From IMG/VR virus record IMGVR_UViG_3300031857_000002, positions 1-64,000 of that record: a DNA stretch of 64,000 bases; one strand, 5' to 3'. The notes under the pieces were generated by a model. It was not told the DNA's origin and ran no database searches. It saw only the letters and a program-made list of their open reading frames with translations. The translations under genes and the position numbers were made by a program. Each line of letters begins with the position of its first letter. Positions within the stretch are counted from its first letter, which is position 1. This document shows positions 1 through 10,300 of the stretch, one piece after another.

Positions 1-41
1 AAAATCCTATCAGTGGGTTAAATTGTATCATTGATTATTCT

Positions 42-320
42 TTAAGTGTAATATACAATTTCACCAGTGGTGGGATTGTAAGCCAATTGAAAAAATCCTG
101 CAGGAAGTCCTGAACTACCGCCGTTACCAATACCGGCAGCAATCTGTGTTAGTGCGCCAGAGCTGTTGCCTATGTACACCTGATCAGTAGTTTGATCAAC
201 TACTAGTTCGCCAGGTCTAGCATTGCCGTTGTAATTGGCCAATGTTACTTGTGCGTTGTCTTTCATTACAGCACGGCTAATACCTGTAATGTTGTCGTAT
301 GGTGGGGGCGGATTGGCCAT
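42..320 (-). CDS. small virion/fibre-associated protein (hypothetical)
   Basis: 92-aa ORF whose start overlaps the upstream stop; 'ARPGELVVDQTTDQVYIGN' resembles the GE(L/I)..D.....(Y)IG N-terminal module of phage fibre proteins. Confidence 0.5.
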   Translation of the reverse strand: MANPPPPYDNITGISRAVMKDNAQVTLANYNGNARPGELVVDQTTDQVYIGNSSGALTQIAAGIGNGGSSGLPAGFFQLAYNPTTGEIVYYT

Positions 321-703
321 TATTTGTATCCTTTAAACCCTTTGACTGGGCTTTGTGTGCCTACAAATTCAGGCTCTTCACTGGCTGCTGTGCTCACTGG
401 CTTTTTGCCGCCAGGTGTCTTGGTCATTTTTAATGCGGCATCAATCACAGGGTCAACGTTGTTGTTGAATCCCACAATCACAGCATGTTCGCCAAATGCA
501 GTTTCTGCAGACCAAGCGGGTCGAAATTCATTTGCAGTGTCCGTTGCTTGGTCGCTTCTGGCACGAGCCATGGCCACACCAAATCGATAATTTTTATAAG
601 GATCCGATGCACTTAGCCCTGGAAGAACAAATGTATTCTTCATGGGTTCTTTAGTTTCTTCAGGCAAGTCAGCCTGCTCGGTGATAAACTCACGTGCTCG
701 CAT
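320..703 (-). CDS. putative internal head protein, paralog of 703..1068
   Basis: N-terminus MRAREFITE resembles the T4 capsid-targeting sequence (MKTYQEFIAE); shares N- and C-terminal motifs (SPxxGFKGY) with its neighbour. Confidence 0.55.
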   Translation of the reverse strand: MRAREFITEQADLPEETKEPMKNTFVLPGLSASDPYKNYRFGVAMARARSDQATDTANEFRPAWSAETAFGEHAVIVGFNNNVDPVIDAALKMTKTPGGKKPVSTAASEEPEFVGTQSPVKGFKGYK

Positions 704-1068
704 CAGTAGCCCTTGAACCCTTGCATGGGGCTGGTAGTGTTCACTGCTGGGTGTTCTTCTGAGTCTAAGTCACCGTGATTTAAATCTATATGACTTGCAC
801 CTGCGGCTTTGAAAGCCTGCTTGAGCATTTGTTGTTCGATTTCAGTATAGGGAAATGCCGCACGTTTTTTGCCTATCCAACTTTTGCTGTCCATTTTGAT
901 AGGTGCATCGCTTCCGTCGGCCATGGCCACAGCCATCATCACACGATTAAGAGTATAATCACTGCTGGTGCGTTCTGCATCACTAAACAAATTAAGGCCC
1001 ACAGTAGCAACTTGTCTACGTTTGCCTATTTTGCCATCTTGTTCTGTGATAAACTCTTGTGCTCTCAT
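703..1068 (-). CDS. putative internal head protein, paralog of 320..703
   Basis: N-terminus MRAQEFITE; C-terminus SPMQGFKGY; coupled start/stop overlaps. Confidence 0.55.
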   Translation of the reverse strand: MRAQEFITEQDGKIGKRRQVATVGLNLFSDAERTSSDYTLNRVMMAVAMADGSDAPIKMDSKSWIGKKRAAFPYTEIEQQMLKQAFKAAGASHIDLNHGDLDSEEHPAVNTTSPMQGFKGY

Positions 1069-1355
1069 TAGCTACCTGCGCCAATCACTCCTGCGGTAGC
1101 AGAACTTGCTGTGCCCAGTTCTAGTGCTGTCCAGTTTGAACCTGTGATAGTAACTTTATTGCCTGCGCCTGAATATGTTTCATAAACTGTGTTGGCAGGA
1201 ATGTTAATAGCCGCAGAGTACAAGTTGCCAACAGCGTTGGCTGTGCCCAGGGCCACAGCATACACTTGACATGTGACTGCTGTGTTTCCTGTGGAAATTT
1301 GCAATTTGTCTGTGTAAACTGTTGCGTTTGAAAGACTTGTATAAACGTTAGCCAT
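1068..1355 (-). CDS. small beta-rich hypothetical (possible virion protein)
   Basis: 95-aa Thr/Ala/Asn-rich ORF in a coupled late operon. Confidence 0.55.
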   Translation of the reverse strand: MANVYTSLSNATVYTDKLQISTGNTAVTCQVYAVALGTANAVGNLYSAAINIPANTVYETYSGAGNKVTITGSNWTALELGTASSATAGVIGAGS

Positions 1356-1525
1356 TATTTGGCATCCTTGTTGGGTTGCGACACCACTGGTTGGAACAGC
1401 TCACGAGTTTGATACATCACACCTGGGATTTCCACGGGTGTTTGTCGTCCAGTTTGTGGCGCAGGTGCATGCGGGTTCATGACCGGCACGGTAGTCAACA
1501 CAGATTCTTTTAGAATTTTGCTCAT
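1355..1525 (-). CDS. small hypothetical protein (MSKILKES...)
   Basis: ATG at 1525 lies just after the stop of the upstream gene; the longer ORF-track start overlaps that gene. Confidence 0.5.
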   Translation of the reverse strand: MSKILKESVLTTVPVMNPHAPAPQTGRQTPVEIPGVMYQTRELFQPVVSQPNKDAK

Positions 1526-1529
1526 AATA

Positions 1530-3563
1530 TTAATCCTGATATTTTTTCCATAAAGCACGAGTGCTGGCCAAGATGCCTTCGTCGATGTCTTTTTTCTTGA
1601 TAGCATTGGTTCCAGGAATTTTGTCACCAACTTTAACATTGTCGTCTTCTAGACCTTTGGTAAACAAGTTACCTTCGGCGGTTTTTTCTTCATCAACTTC
1701 TTTTTTCTTAACACCGGCCATTTCCATCATGCGGTGTAGTGCATCTTCTTCTGCTTCGGCATAGCTGTGTTGACGATCATCTTGACTGGCCAACACAGGT
1801 ACTGTGCTTTGACCTGTTGACTTAGGGCCATCTAATCCACCGCTGTACTGCATTGAACTACCTGTTTCTGTGTTGGTAGGATAGTCAGGTTCATTCATTG
1901 ACACTTCGTCAATTTCTTGTTCGCCACATGAGCAGTCAGGAGTACCACATCCGCATGCTGACTTATAGCCTGACCCGCCGTAGCCTTCGCTATCGCCACC
2001 GCCTAGGCCTGCTGACTTCAACAATGTTGCCAACTTCAGTGCATCTTCATCACTGGCAGTAATAGTTAGGCTCTTGCCGCCTTCTGTGGAGTCGCTCATG
2101 TTGATACTCATCGACTCATCAAGTTGACTCATTGATTCTGTAATAGCGTTTTCAAGATCGCGATTCAATGAATCATAAATGCCTTGGCCGTAACTGAATC
2201 CACTTGACGCTGTGGGTGTACCAGAGCCGCCTGCTTCTTCAGTCTTTTCTTTCTTCTTGGACTTTTTCTCGTCGTACTCAATGTCCTTGGCCACTTTCTT
2301 GCCGGCTTTTTCTGCTTTGTCATCTTCAGCACCACGCTTGCTGCCATGAATGCCATCTTTTTTCTTTTCGTCGTACTCAATGTCTTTGGCTACTTTCTTG
2401 CCGGCTTTTTCAGCATGATCGTCACGAGTAGTTGTGCTTTCTTCATCAACAGATTTACTAACTTTGTAGCCGGCTTTCTTCAACAGCGCCATGGCTGCTT
2501 TTAGATCACCAGAGTCATTGTTGGTTGGATCAGTATCGCCTTCTTTCATTTTGTTTCTAACACTTACTTTGCCTGGCTCATTTTTTGGCTTGTTGCCAAT
2601 CATGAATCCTTGCAGTGCTTTGCCTGAGTCAGATACTGAACCAGCAGATCCTTTTTTCTCACGCTCACCTTTGTGCTTGATTGCTTTGCTGGTCACACGT
2701 TCTGTACCCTTGGCAGGCCCCTTTGGACGACCACGGCTGCGTTTCTCTTGTGCGTTGCCTTCGTCATCAGTCTCGGATCCAACTGAAATACCTTGGTCAT
2801 CTGTGCGGCGGGTGACTTTACGACCTGTTGCTGTGTGCTTGATATCATGTTTGGAACCGTGTTCTACATCTCCCACACGTGGTTTGTCAGCACGTGGCTT
2901 CTTGTAGTTTGTGAACGGGTTGTTATCGTCTTCTTCGGCTGTTTTTTGTTTGCCACCTTTGCGTAACATAGCAAAGTCATTGGCATCTAATTTGCCATTG
3001 TCGTTTTTATCCAGTGTCTTTTGGCGGCCACTCAGTGCCGATTTCATGGCTTCGGCAGCAACGTCGCCTAGCATTTCGTCAACTTCTTTTTTAGCGCCAG
3101 CAATCTTGTCAGCAAAAGTAATCTTGTCTTTTGGTGGTGCCAAGGCAGCAAAACTCTTGGCCTTGGCAGGATTCATTTTTTCTTTGATAGGACTTTGTTG
3201 ACCCAAGCGTTGTTGAGCACGTTTCAATCCTTCAGGACTAGTAGGGCTCTGTGTGCGCTCTTTGTCTAGGTCTTGTAAAGTCATTCTGTTGCCAGGACGA
3301 TTCACAGCAGGGATCTGACTCTTGTCTGGACCGCCTTGGTAAGCACCTTCGTCTACTTCATTGTCATACTTGTCGTATTTTTTACGAACAGGATCCAATG
3401 CTTTGCCTTCACGACCGGCCTTGGCCAAGGCTTCCATACCTTGTTTGCCGTATTTCTCGTAACCCTTGGCAGCACGACTCATGTCACGCTCATTGAGTTG
3501 TTTGGATTCTGGTGCGTCGTTGACAGCAGCCAGGCGTTTGTTTAAGTCATAGAAAAATGTCAT
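1530..3563 (-). CDS. highly charged putative internal head (poly)protein
   Basis: 677 aa, K/E/D/G-rich; many (L/I/V/M)xE sites; AT-hook-like RGRP, EF-hand-like DKNDNGKLDANDF, internal repeat AEKAGKKVAKDIEYDEKK. Confidence 0.6.
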   Translation of the reverse strand: MTFFYDLNKRLAAVNDAPESKQLNERDMSRAAKGYEKYGKQGMEALAKAGREGKALDPVRKKYDKYDNEVDEGAYQGGPDKSQIPAVNRPGNRMTLQDLDKERTQSPTSPEGLKRAQQRLGQQSPIKEKMNPAKAKSFAALAPPKDKITFADKIAGAKKEVDEMLGDVAAEAMKSALSGRQKTLDKNDNGKLDANDFAMLRKGGKQKTAEEDDNNPFTNYKKPRADKPRVGDVEHGSKHDIKHTATGRKVTRRTDDQGISVGSETDDEGNAQEKRSRGRPKGPAKGTERVTSKAIKHKGEREKKGSAGSVSDSGKALQGFMIGNKPKNEPGKVSVRNKMKEGDTDPTNNDSGDLKAAMALLKKAGYKVSKSVDEESTTTRDDHAEKAGKKVAKDIEYDEKKKDGIHGSKRGAEDDKAEKAGKKVAKDIEYDEKKSKKKEKTEEAGGSGTPTASSGFSYGQGIYDSLNRDLENAITESMSQLDESMSINMSDSTEGGKSLTITASDEDALKLATLLKSAGLGGGDSEGYGGSGYKSACGCGTPDCSCGEQEIDEVSMNEPDYPTNTETGSSMQYSGGLDGPKSTGQSTVPVLASQDDRQHSYAEAEEDALHRMMEMAGVKKKEVDEEKTAEGNLFTKGLEDDNVKVGDKIPGTNAIKKKDIDEGILASTRALWKKYQD

Positions 3564-3567
3564 TGTA

Positions 3568-4176
3568 TTATCCTCTTGGTTTGGCGCCAGTTGCTGGCTT
3601 GGGTTGTCTCTTGATGTTGGTCATTGGGCTGGTTGTGCCCATTGGCAAATCATTAGAAGTTTTAGCAGGAGGAGTTTTGCCGCCGGCTACTGTGAAATTT
3701 GAACGATAGGCATTCTTCAACACCACATGGTTGTATGGGTCTGCAGAATAATCTTTCTTGAGATCCTTTTGCATTTTGTCATCTGCTGGATAGTCAGGAT
3801 CGTCTAATAGATCTTTGTTTTGATCTGTAATCTTTACTGACTCTACGTCAAGACTTTCTTCGTAAGGTGTGGTCATCATCACAATACGATTTTCGTCTAG
3901 TCCCAATAATCTAGCAATTTGTTTAATCTGTGGTTCAATAGCAGGGTACTTGAACTCTACATCAACTCTTGTGACAGATTGATTGGGGAAAGCAGGAAAG
4001 TCAGGAATCACAGCACGTACAGGTGTACTCTTGGGAGTTGACATTTTGACAACGTCAAATTGATCCATTTTTTCTTCAAATGATTTGAAGAAGCCTGGGG
4101 GAATATCACCTACCACTTTGATGCGGTATTGATATGTACGTTCACTTTCTGCGAGATATTTTGCAAATGGTTTCAT
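3568..4176 (-). CDS. conserved hypothetical late protein with capsid-targeting-like N-terminus
   Basis: MKPFAKYLAE start; AGGA RBS; late promoter at 4194-4199. Confidence 0.6.
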   Translation of the reverse strand: MKPFAKYLAESERTYQYRIKVVGDIPPGFFKSFEEKMDQFDVVKMSTPKSTPVRAVIPDFPAFPNQSVTRVDVEFKYPAIEPQIKQIARLLGLDENRIVMMTTPYEESLDVESVKITDQNKDLLDDPDYPADDKMQKDLKKDYSADPYNHVVLKNAYRSNFTVAGGKTPPAKTSNDLPMGTTSPMTNIKRQPKPATGAKPRG

Positions 4177-4193
4177 GTCAGTATCCTATTGTA

Positions 4194-4199
4194 TATTTA
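4194..4199 (-). promoter_or_regulatory. late promoter TAAATA (representative; others at 4691, 7348, 10752+, 12944, 33176, 33819, 36644, 38123, 38161+, 44622, 44906, 46695, 62951+, 63867+)
   Basis: The hexamer recurs 4-30 nt upstream of late gene starts in the coding orientation, matching the encoded gp55. Confidence 0.75.
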
Positions 4200-4685
4200 T
4201 ACTTTTCCGTTATTTTGGTCTTTGCCTTTAAGCAAACGTTCCAATAAATCGTTGCGATTCAGCACTTGACCTTGTGCTGTGGCCAGTTGTTCTTCAGCCG
4301 GAGTCTGTTGATCCAGTCGCATTTTCTTCAACTGTAGATCAATAACCTTGAGTTTCTTGTTCATTTTAGCTGTTTTAGCAGTGATAGCATGGCCCAGCAT
4401 GGTGCCTGCTACATTGAATATCTCGCTGGCAAAGCGTGAGTCTACCTGCATGCCAAGATCCATGAGATCTTTGTAGCTGTCTTTGGCCAAGTCTGCCAGT
4501 TCATCCATTTCGCCATCACTGGCGTCAAGATCTCGCACAGCTGGCAATGCTGAATCAATCTTGTCAATGGCATCATCTATCACAGCCAACTGCGCCCGTG
4601 TTTCTGCAATGGTAGGGATTTCATTTTCTGTTTCAATTTCAACAGAAGAGGGTAGGTCAAAAAGGTCTTCTAATTTCCGCGTCAT
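4197..4685 (-). CDS. probable terminase small subunit (gp16-like)
   Basis: 162-aa helical/coiled-coil protein with an acidic N-terminus and 'VLNRNDLLERL' C-terminus as in T4-like small terminases; own late promoter; head module context. Confidence 0.5.
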   Translation of the reverse strand: MTRKLEDLFDLPSSVEIETENEIPTIAETRAQLAVIDDAIDKIDSALPAVRDLDASDGEMDELADLAKDSYKDLMDLGMQVDSRFASEIFNVAGTMLGHAITAKTAKMNKKLKVIDLQLKKMRLDQQTPAEEQLATAQGQVLNRNDLLERLLKGKDQNNGKV

Positions 4686-4700
4686 GCGGATATTTATGGG

Positions 4701-5132
4701 TCAGTTACGACCATTGGCAAACATATCGTTTTCGGTGATCACTCTAAACGCTAGCCCTTGGCGGGCACACCACTTCTGGGCGGCTGCCCATTTGGCATAG
4801 TTAACAGCCACTACAGCACGGTCGCGACTGCTCATTTTGCTTTCAATCACGCTTTGCTTTTTGGGTTTGATTTCAATTAGTTCTGCTTTGACTGTGTTGT
4901 TCTTTTGGCGATAGGTAATAAGAAAGTCAGGCACATAGTTGCTTTTTTTGCCTGTCACAGGATTCATGTAGGGAATGGCAATACTTTCGCTGGCCCACTG
5001 TAGCACATTATCGTTGGTATCGCAAAAACGCATGAAGCTGTGTTCCCATCCTGAGCGATATCTAGGTACACCTTTGCCCACATATTTTGCAGGGTTCAAC
5101 ACCACGTACTGACCTTGTGCCCAGCGACTCAT
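4701..5132 (-). CDS. head completion nuclease (T4 gp4-like, TnsA-type PD-(D/E)xK fold)
   Basis: Motifs YRSGWE..FM..CD, W.SE.I.IPY, YVPDF, IEIKP, N.AKW.AA. Confidence 0.9.
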   Translation of the reverse strand: MSRWAQGQYVVLNPAKYVGKGVPRYRSGWEHSFMRFCDTNDNVLQWASESIAIPYMNPVTGKKSNYVPDFLITYRQKNNTVKAELIEIKPKKQSVIESKMSSRDRAVVAVNYAKWAAAQKWCARQGLAFRVITENDMFANGRN

Positions 5133-5488
5133 TGTAGTACTAGTCTGGCTGCGTATTGATTGGGAACTGTGCTGGCGTTGATACCCAGCAATGTAGCTCG
5201 GCTACGGATTGAATTAAGATAGTAAGCCAGGCTTGCTGTGAGATTCAATCCTGTCTGGCCTTTCATTGCGTCTAGCAACGTCAGTGCAGGTATATTGGTT
5301 TCTTCGGCTACTCTAAACAAACTCACAGTGAAGTTGCCAGCAATACGAGCTGTGGCCATTACACTGCGAAAATACGAATACACAATATCATACTCGTCTG
5401 CAGGAACATTGACATCGTAGTTGTAAAAACTGTCAAATACTCTGACAGTTAAGTCTTTGTTATAGTTGGTATAATTTACTGTGCTCAT
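5129..5488 (-). CDS. hypothetical protein
   Basis: 119-aa ORF coupled (ATGA overlaps) in the tail operon. Confidence 0.7.
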   Translation of the reverse strand: MSTVNYTNYNKDLTVRVFDSFYNYDVNVPADEYDIVYSYFRSVMATARIAGNFTVSLFRVAEETNIPALTLLDAMKGQTGLNLTASLAYYLNSIRSRATLLGINASTVPNQYAARLVLQ

Positions 5489-6669
5489 ACCCCACCGCCT
5501 GCAATTTGTCCTTGGTTGATCTGATTCAATGTGGCTGTGTTACGTGCCGCGGTTGCTGTTGGAAAAAACACTCCATCGGCTTTGTTGGCTACACTGCGAA
5601 TAGCGCCGGGTAAACTGCCTACAATCACTTGTGTACCAATTGCAGTGACTTCTGATTTGACAATACTCTTGAGATTTTTGCCTTTGAATGTGTTGTAAAC
5701 TGTGCTGGCTTTTTGTGCCGCGCCAAGCAGACCCAGTACAGACCCTGACTGCAAGTCGCTGGAAATGCCGCCTGCAACATCTAATATACCACCTTGACCC
5801 AAAATAGTAGCTGTGGTACCAGGGCGAGCCAATGGACTTGGTGTTGTATCGTAGTGTGCTGGATTGGCAAAGCCAGGAGCAGACTTGTTGGGTGCGCCTT
5901 GTTTGTATTTCACAGTTTCGTAAGCAATGGTCATGGAGTGTTGCATGAGTCCGTTGCCTTGACTGTAGTCATAGGTGTCATGTGCCCAGTTTGAAATCAA
6001 CGGATTGATCAGAATGTATTCAGCAAACTTGTGCTGATAGTCAAATCCAAAAATTCTAATGTCAGAGAAAAACGGTGGCTTGCCTGATGAGCTTGTTGTG
6101 CCGTCATCAATTGCCTCGCCAATATAGCCCCAGTCGTTAACTCCGCCCATGCGGTCTTGATTGTAAATGTCTCGGCCGTTGTAGCCAAATCCTTTGGTGC
6201 CATTGCCTTCTGCACCCATGCTGCCATTGTTGTTGTTGGTAGAGCCATATGCCTGGCTGGCGTCTTTGTAGTAGTAGCTGTAGTAGTTGTACCACATGTT
6301 ACGCACTAGGTCAGAGCCGTCATCATGAAAAGTGATATTCACAGGATCATAGTTGATCTTGGTTTGAATCACACGTTTGCGATTGTACTGATTGAGTGTT
6401 TCTGTAGCAATAGTGTACTTAGGCAGGTCAACTGTTTTGACTACCAAACTAAGATTAGCAATGTCTTGTAGACCAATTGCGCCACGTATTTTGGGAATTA
6501 CTGCTGAGTTGATTGTGAACGCTACATGAAATAAAAACTTAAATCGTGGTTTGAGTTCGTAACCGTTGGGGGTAAAAACACGATTTGCGTGATCGTAACC
6601 ACGCAAACCATCTACTGCGCTAAATCCTTTGAAGATTTGCTGACCAAATGATGCTAACGACGATGACAT
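5485..6669 (-). CDS. tail tube-like protein (gp19/gp54 family tube initiator)
   Basis: PRFKFLFHV, VKTVDLP, Y.PVNITFHDD and YDYS...Q.S.TIAYE motifs of the tube fold; lies next to gp19. Confidence 0.7.
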   Translation of the reverse strand: MSSSLASFGQQIFKGFSAVDGLRGYDHANRVFTPNGYELKPRFKFLFHVAFTINSAVIPKIRGAIGLQDIANLSLVVKTVDLPKYTIATETLNQYNRKRVIQTKINYDPVNITFHDDGSDLVRNMWYNYYSYYYKDASQAYGSTNNNNGSMGAEGNGTKGFGYNGRDIYNQDRMGGVNDWGYIGEAIDDGTTSSSGKPPFFSDIRIFGFDYQHKFAEYILINPLISNWAHDTYDYSQGNGLMQHSMTIAYETVKYKQGAPNKSAPGFANPAHYDTTPSPLARPGTTATILGQGGILDVAGGISSDLQSGSVLGLLGAAQKASTVYNTFKGKNLKSIVKSEVTAIGTQVIVGSLPGAIRSVANKADGVFFPTATAARNTATLNQINQGQIAGGGV

Positions 6670-6687
6670 TAGTTATTAGCCAGTTTA

Positions 6688-7323
6688 TTAGCTGGCTGCA
6701 CCAGCACCTGTAACAACGTCACCTAGTGTTCGGCCAATTGCACCACCAACACCAGCACCGTTAGACCCTGATGGGATCTGGTTGGCGTTATCGTACGCAA
6801 TACCCAGACTGATTGTAACTACTGCGCTTTCAGCATAGCTTAATTGCCCGTAGTCTGCTGACTTCAAGTAGCAGCCATACAACTCCCAAGTTTCAAGAAC
6901 TGTGGGTTCAGCAGAGCCGTTGCCACCGTCTAGGATTTCCAACCGTGTTAGGAACTTGTAGTCAATACCAGAACTGGCTGAAGCCATTTCCAAAAAGTCC
7001 ATCTGCTTTTGAAGTTGCGACCCGACTAATTTACTCACTGAGCCTGATGCGTCGTCACGAATTTCGCAAGTGACATCAGCCCATGTAGGTTTGCCGGCCA
7101 ACTTCAGGGTTGAGTTGTAGATTGGTATAGTAATGTCTTCAAAACTCAGATTGGGTCTGTTAAAAGTCATTACCTGTTTTGTTAATTCAGTGGTAGGGCT
7201 TGCGCTTGCGCCAAAGTTCTCAAAAAACACACGGAAGCGATATTTGAGTTTGGGCATCAACAAGCCCTGATCAGCCTGGCCGCCCAGTGGAACTGACATT
7301 CTTGATAGTGATGAACTTGCCAT
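6688..7323 (-). CDS. tail tube protein (gp19-like)
   Basis: LMPKLKYRFRV, RPNLSF, AGKPTW, ETWELYGC, YDNA motifs; follows the sheath gene; AGGAG RBS. Confidence 0.85.
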   Translation of the reverse strand: MASSSLSRMSVPLGGQADQGLLMPKLKYRFRVFFENFGASASPTTELTKQVMTFNRPNLSFEDITIPIYNSTLKLAGKPTWADVTCEIRDDASGSVSKLVGSQLQKQMDFLEMASASSGIDYKFLTRLEILDGGNGSAEPTVLETWELYGCYLKSADYGQLSYAESAVVTISLGIAYDNANQIPSGSNGAGVGGAIGRTLGDVVTGAGAAS

Positions 7324-7361
7324 TTTTTTGGTATCTCCTGTTACGTTTATTTACCTGAATT

Positions 7362-7383
7362 GGTGGGTGATTTTTCACCCACC
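7362..7383. terminator. perfect 9-bp hairpin between sheath and tube genes (terminator or processing stem)
   Basis: GGTGGGTGA-TTTT-TCACCCACC; no long U tract on the - strand. Confidence 0.5.
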
Positions 7384-7390
7384 GTTTTCA

Positions 7391-10300
7391 TTAGGATGCC
7401 TGTCCTGAGATTTCGCCAGTGTTCTTGATACGCAATGGAATGTAGATAAATTCCACAGCTTTTACTGGCTCAATAGCAATATCCAACCACAACTCATTGC
7501 GGTCAATACGTGCTGGAGTATTGTTACTCAAGTCGCAAACCACCAAGTAGTCATAGATACCACGCTTGGCCACCAAGTCAATCATCAAGCTGTTGACTGT
7601 GTTGGTGATTTCGGCACGAGTAATATCGTCATTGGGTTCAAACAAATACAGTTTGCCAATTTCTTCAAGTCTACCACGCAAGAACGCAACCAAACGACTT
7701 ACATTGATACGATCCAGTGCGCTGGTAATACTGGTTGTGGTCTTGTTACCAAAGTTAACAATACCCACACCTGGAATAAAGGTAATTGGGTTGATGTCGT
7801 TTTCATACAAGACATCACGTAGACCTTGTCCCATGTTCAACTGCTGGAATTCACCAGTGGCTGCATCAATATAACCAATAGCAATAGCATTGTCAACAAC
7901 GCCACGACGTGTACCAGCAGGGGCTAACCATGGATAGCTCACTGCATCACTGCGGATAATAGTACGCATCATCATGTGACTTGGTGCTGTTACCACTGTG
8001 TTGCCTGACAAATCTGTGGTCTGGCAGCTTGGATAGAATGTGCCCAAGTACTGGCTGGCAGTTACTAGTCCGTCTTCTGTTCGGAAACCTAGTCCGCCAT
8101 TGTTTGTGGCCCAGGCAGCAAGATCTGTACCTGTTGCAGGCAAACGCATTGGAGTATCACCAACCACAAACAGTGTGTTGTTACGCTCATTGCTGAGTGC
8201 AACCATGTTAGGAATCAACTCTGGATAAGCTGTGGCAGCAATCAAGCTGAACTGATTTTGTTCTTCACGTGCTGCTTCGCTAGTGTCAATGCCTGCTTTC
8301 ATTGCTTGAATGATCAACTGACGTTGTGCTTGACGACCTGACCACATGGCACCGTCGTCTCTGTTGCCAGACGCTGTTAACCAAGTGCTCTTGACTGTTG
8401 GCAGTGTGTCATCAGGATATGATTCAGCATTGAAGTAATCACTTTGGAAGCTCTTGACATTGTATCCTGAACGGCGTGTGTTAAACAACAACATACCTTC
8501 AGGATATAGATCAGGATTAGGAGCATCTAAATCCAAGTAATTGCTAGTTAACAAACTTTCAATAGTTGGGAACGGATCCATCACAGGATCAGTTGTGCCA
8601 TTGCCGGCCCAACGTGCATCTGCAAACAAGATACCATTTTGTGTAACCTGGTCTGTGGTGTCAACTTCTACCCACTGTGCAACACCGCTCACTAGTTCCC
8701 AACGATACAGTTTGGGATAGTTTTCCAGGTCGCTGGTGTCAATCCACAAATCACCGTACTCCAACTGCGTACCGTCACTTTGTTCAATAGGAGCGGTGGC
8801 AGCAATCAACGGCCCTGCAGGGTCTGTGTCGCTTAGATCAAACCCACGAACATCGTTGGTATCGTTTCGATAACCAACCCAGGCTCCGCTGTTCTGAATC
8901 AAGATATCTGCATCGCTTACTGTGCTGTAGTACCACAAGCGGCCATCTACAGGATCTTGATCAGGTTCTGTGGTACTAGCAGTATAGGTAAATTCTGGTG
9001 CTGTTACCCAATTGCTCAATGTAAGTGTGTCTACTGCTGTAAATGATGGCAAGCAACCTGGGGTGTCAACGGTAAATCCAGCCAATGTTACAGGAGTTCC
9101 AGTAATATTTTTCAAACTCATATTGCCGCCATTGGAGTGTGTAAGCACAATTGCTCCAGATGAGTTTACGCTGGCGCTGACGTTGGGGATATTAGCCGAG
9201 CTTACCGCTGTGATAAAAGCAGCAGTGTTTGTGCCACTTATAGTAACAGTAGCAGATTGACTGATACCACTAGTCTGGGTTCCTGAAATCTCAAATTGAG
9301 TTCCATTTACAAATGGTCCAGGTGTAGCCGTAGATCCTGTAATTATAGTAGCACCAAGCGTGCTACGTTCAAGAATTTCCAAAGCCATGAGCGGTTCAAC
9401 ACTGGCGGCGCCAATGGCGTCCCAAATTGCAATAGTGGTACCAACTGGAATATTTTTGCCTCCGCCTGTGGGGTCTAGTGTATAATTTGCTAGGCGTAGA
9501 TTTGCATAAGTTGTTGTTGTTTGACTAACAAATGTGCCTAGGGCTGAGCTGTATTTTTTAATCCTTAAAGCTACACCGCTGTTAGCAGGACTCATGTTGT
9601 TCCATACAGAGCCTGTAGGTGATGGCCAATTAGTTGTAGTGACTGGTTGACCAACTGCCCAACGTGGTGCCTGATAACTGTATGAAGGCAAGTATGTTGG
9701 TGCGTAGTACACTCCAGCAGGGATACCAAGTGCAGTTAACAATGCAGCCGAGCTGGTAATATTAATATCAATTGCGCCGCCAACCAAGCTACTAACGTCA
9801 GGGGTAGTAAGGCTGTTTGCAGTTAGTTGTAATTTACTTGATACAACTGACGCAGTAACTCCTGGAATTGCAGCGGCATTGATATCAATAGACAACTGAG
9901 CCAATGTGTTGGTAGCAGAAACAGTAACAGTGACACCATTAATCACAATAATATTACCAACTGTAAGGCTAGTTGGTGATCCTGTTCCTGTGATAGTGGG
10001 CCAAGACACTTTCCACGCATCGCTGCCGACTAATACCCATGCATTTGATGAATTTTTATAATAGCCTGGATTTGATGTAGCCACTGCTGAAATAGCATAG
10101 TCACCAATACTGCCAATTGATGCAACAGGTGTGTAGTTATCATTCTCAAAATCTACTACATCTGCTGTGTCAGTGATAACAATAGGAGTTTTTACTGTGA
10201 ATGTGTTGGTGGTTTGATTCCACTCCTGGATGCCCCACAAACTTGTTGATGTATCTAACCAATAGTCGCCGTCGTTGGGGGTGCCTGTAGGACGAACTAA

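Noticed and set aside
4701-5132. TnsA-like nuclease as evidence of a Tn7 element
   Set aside because: Motifs and context match the T4 gp4 head-completion protein; no other Tns genes are present.
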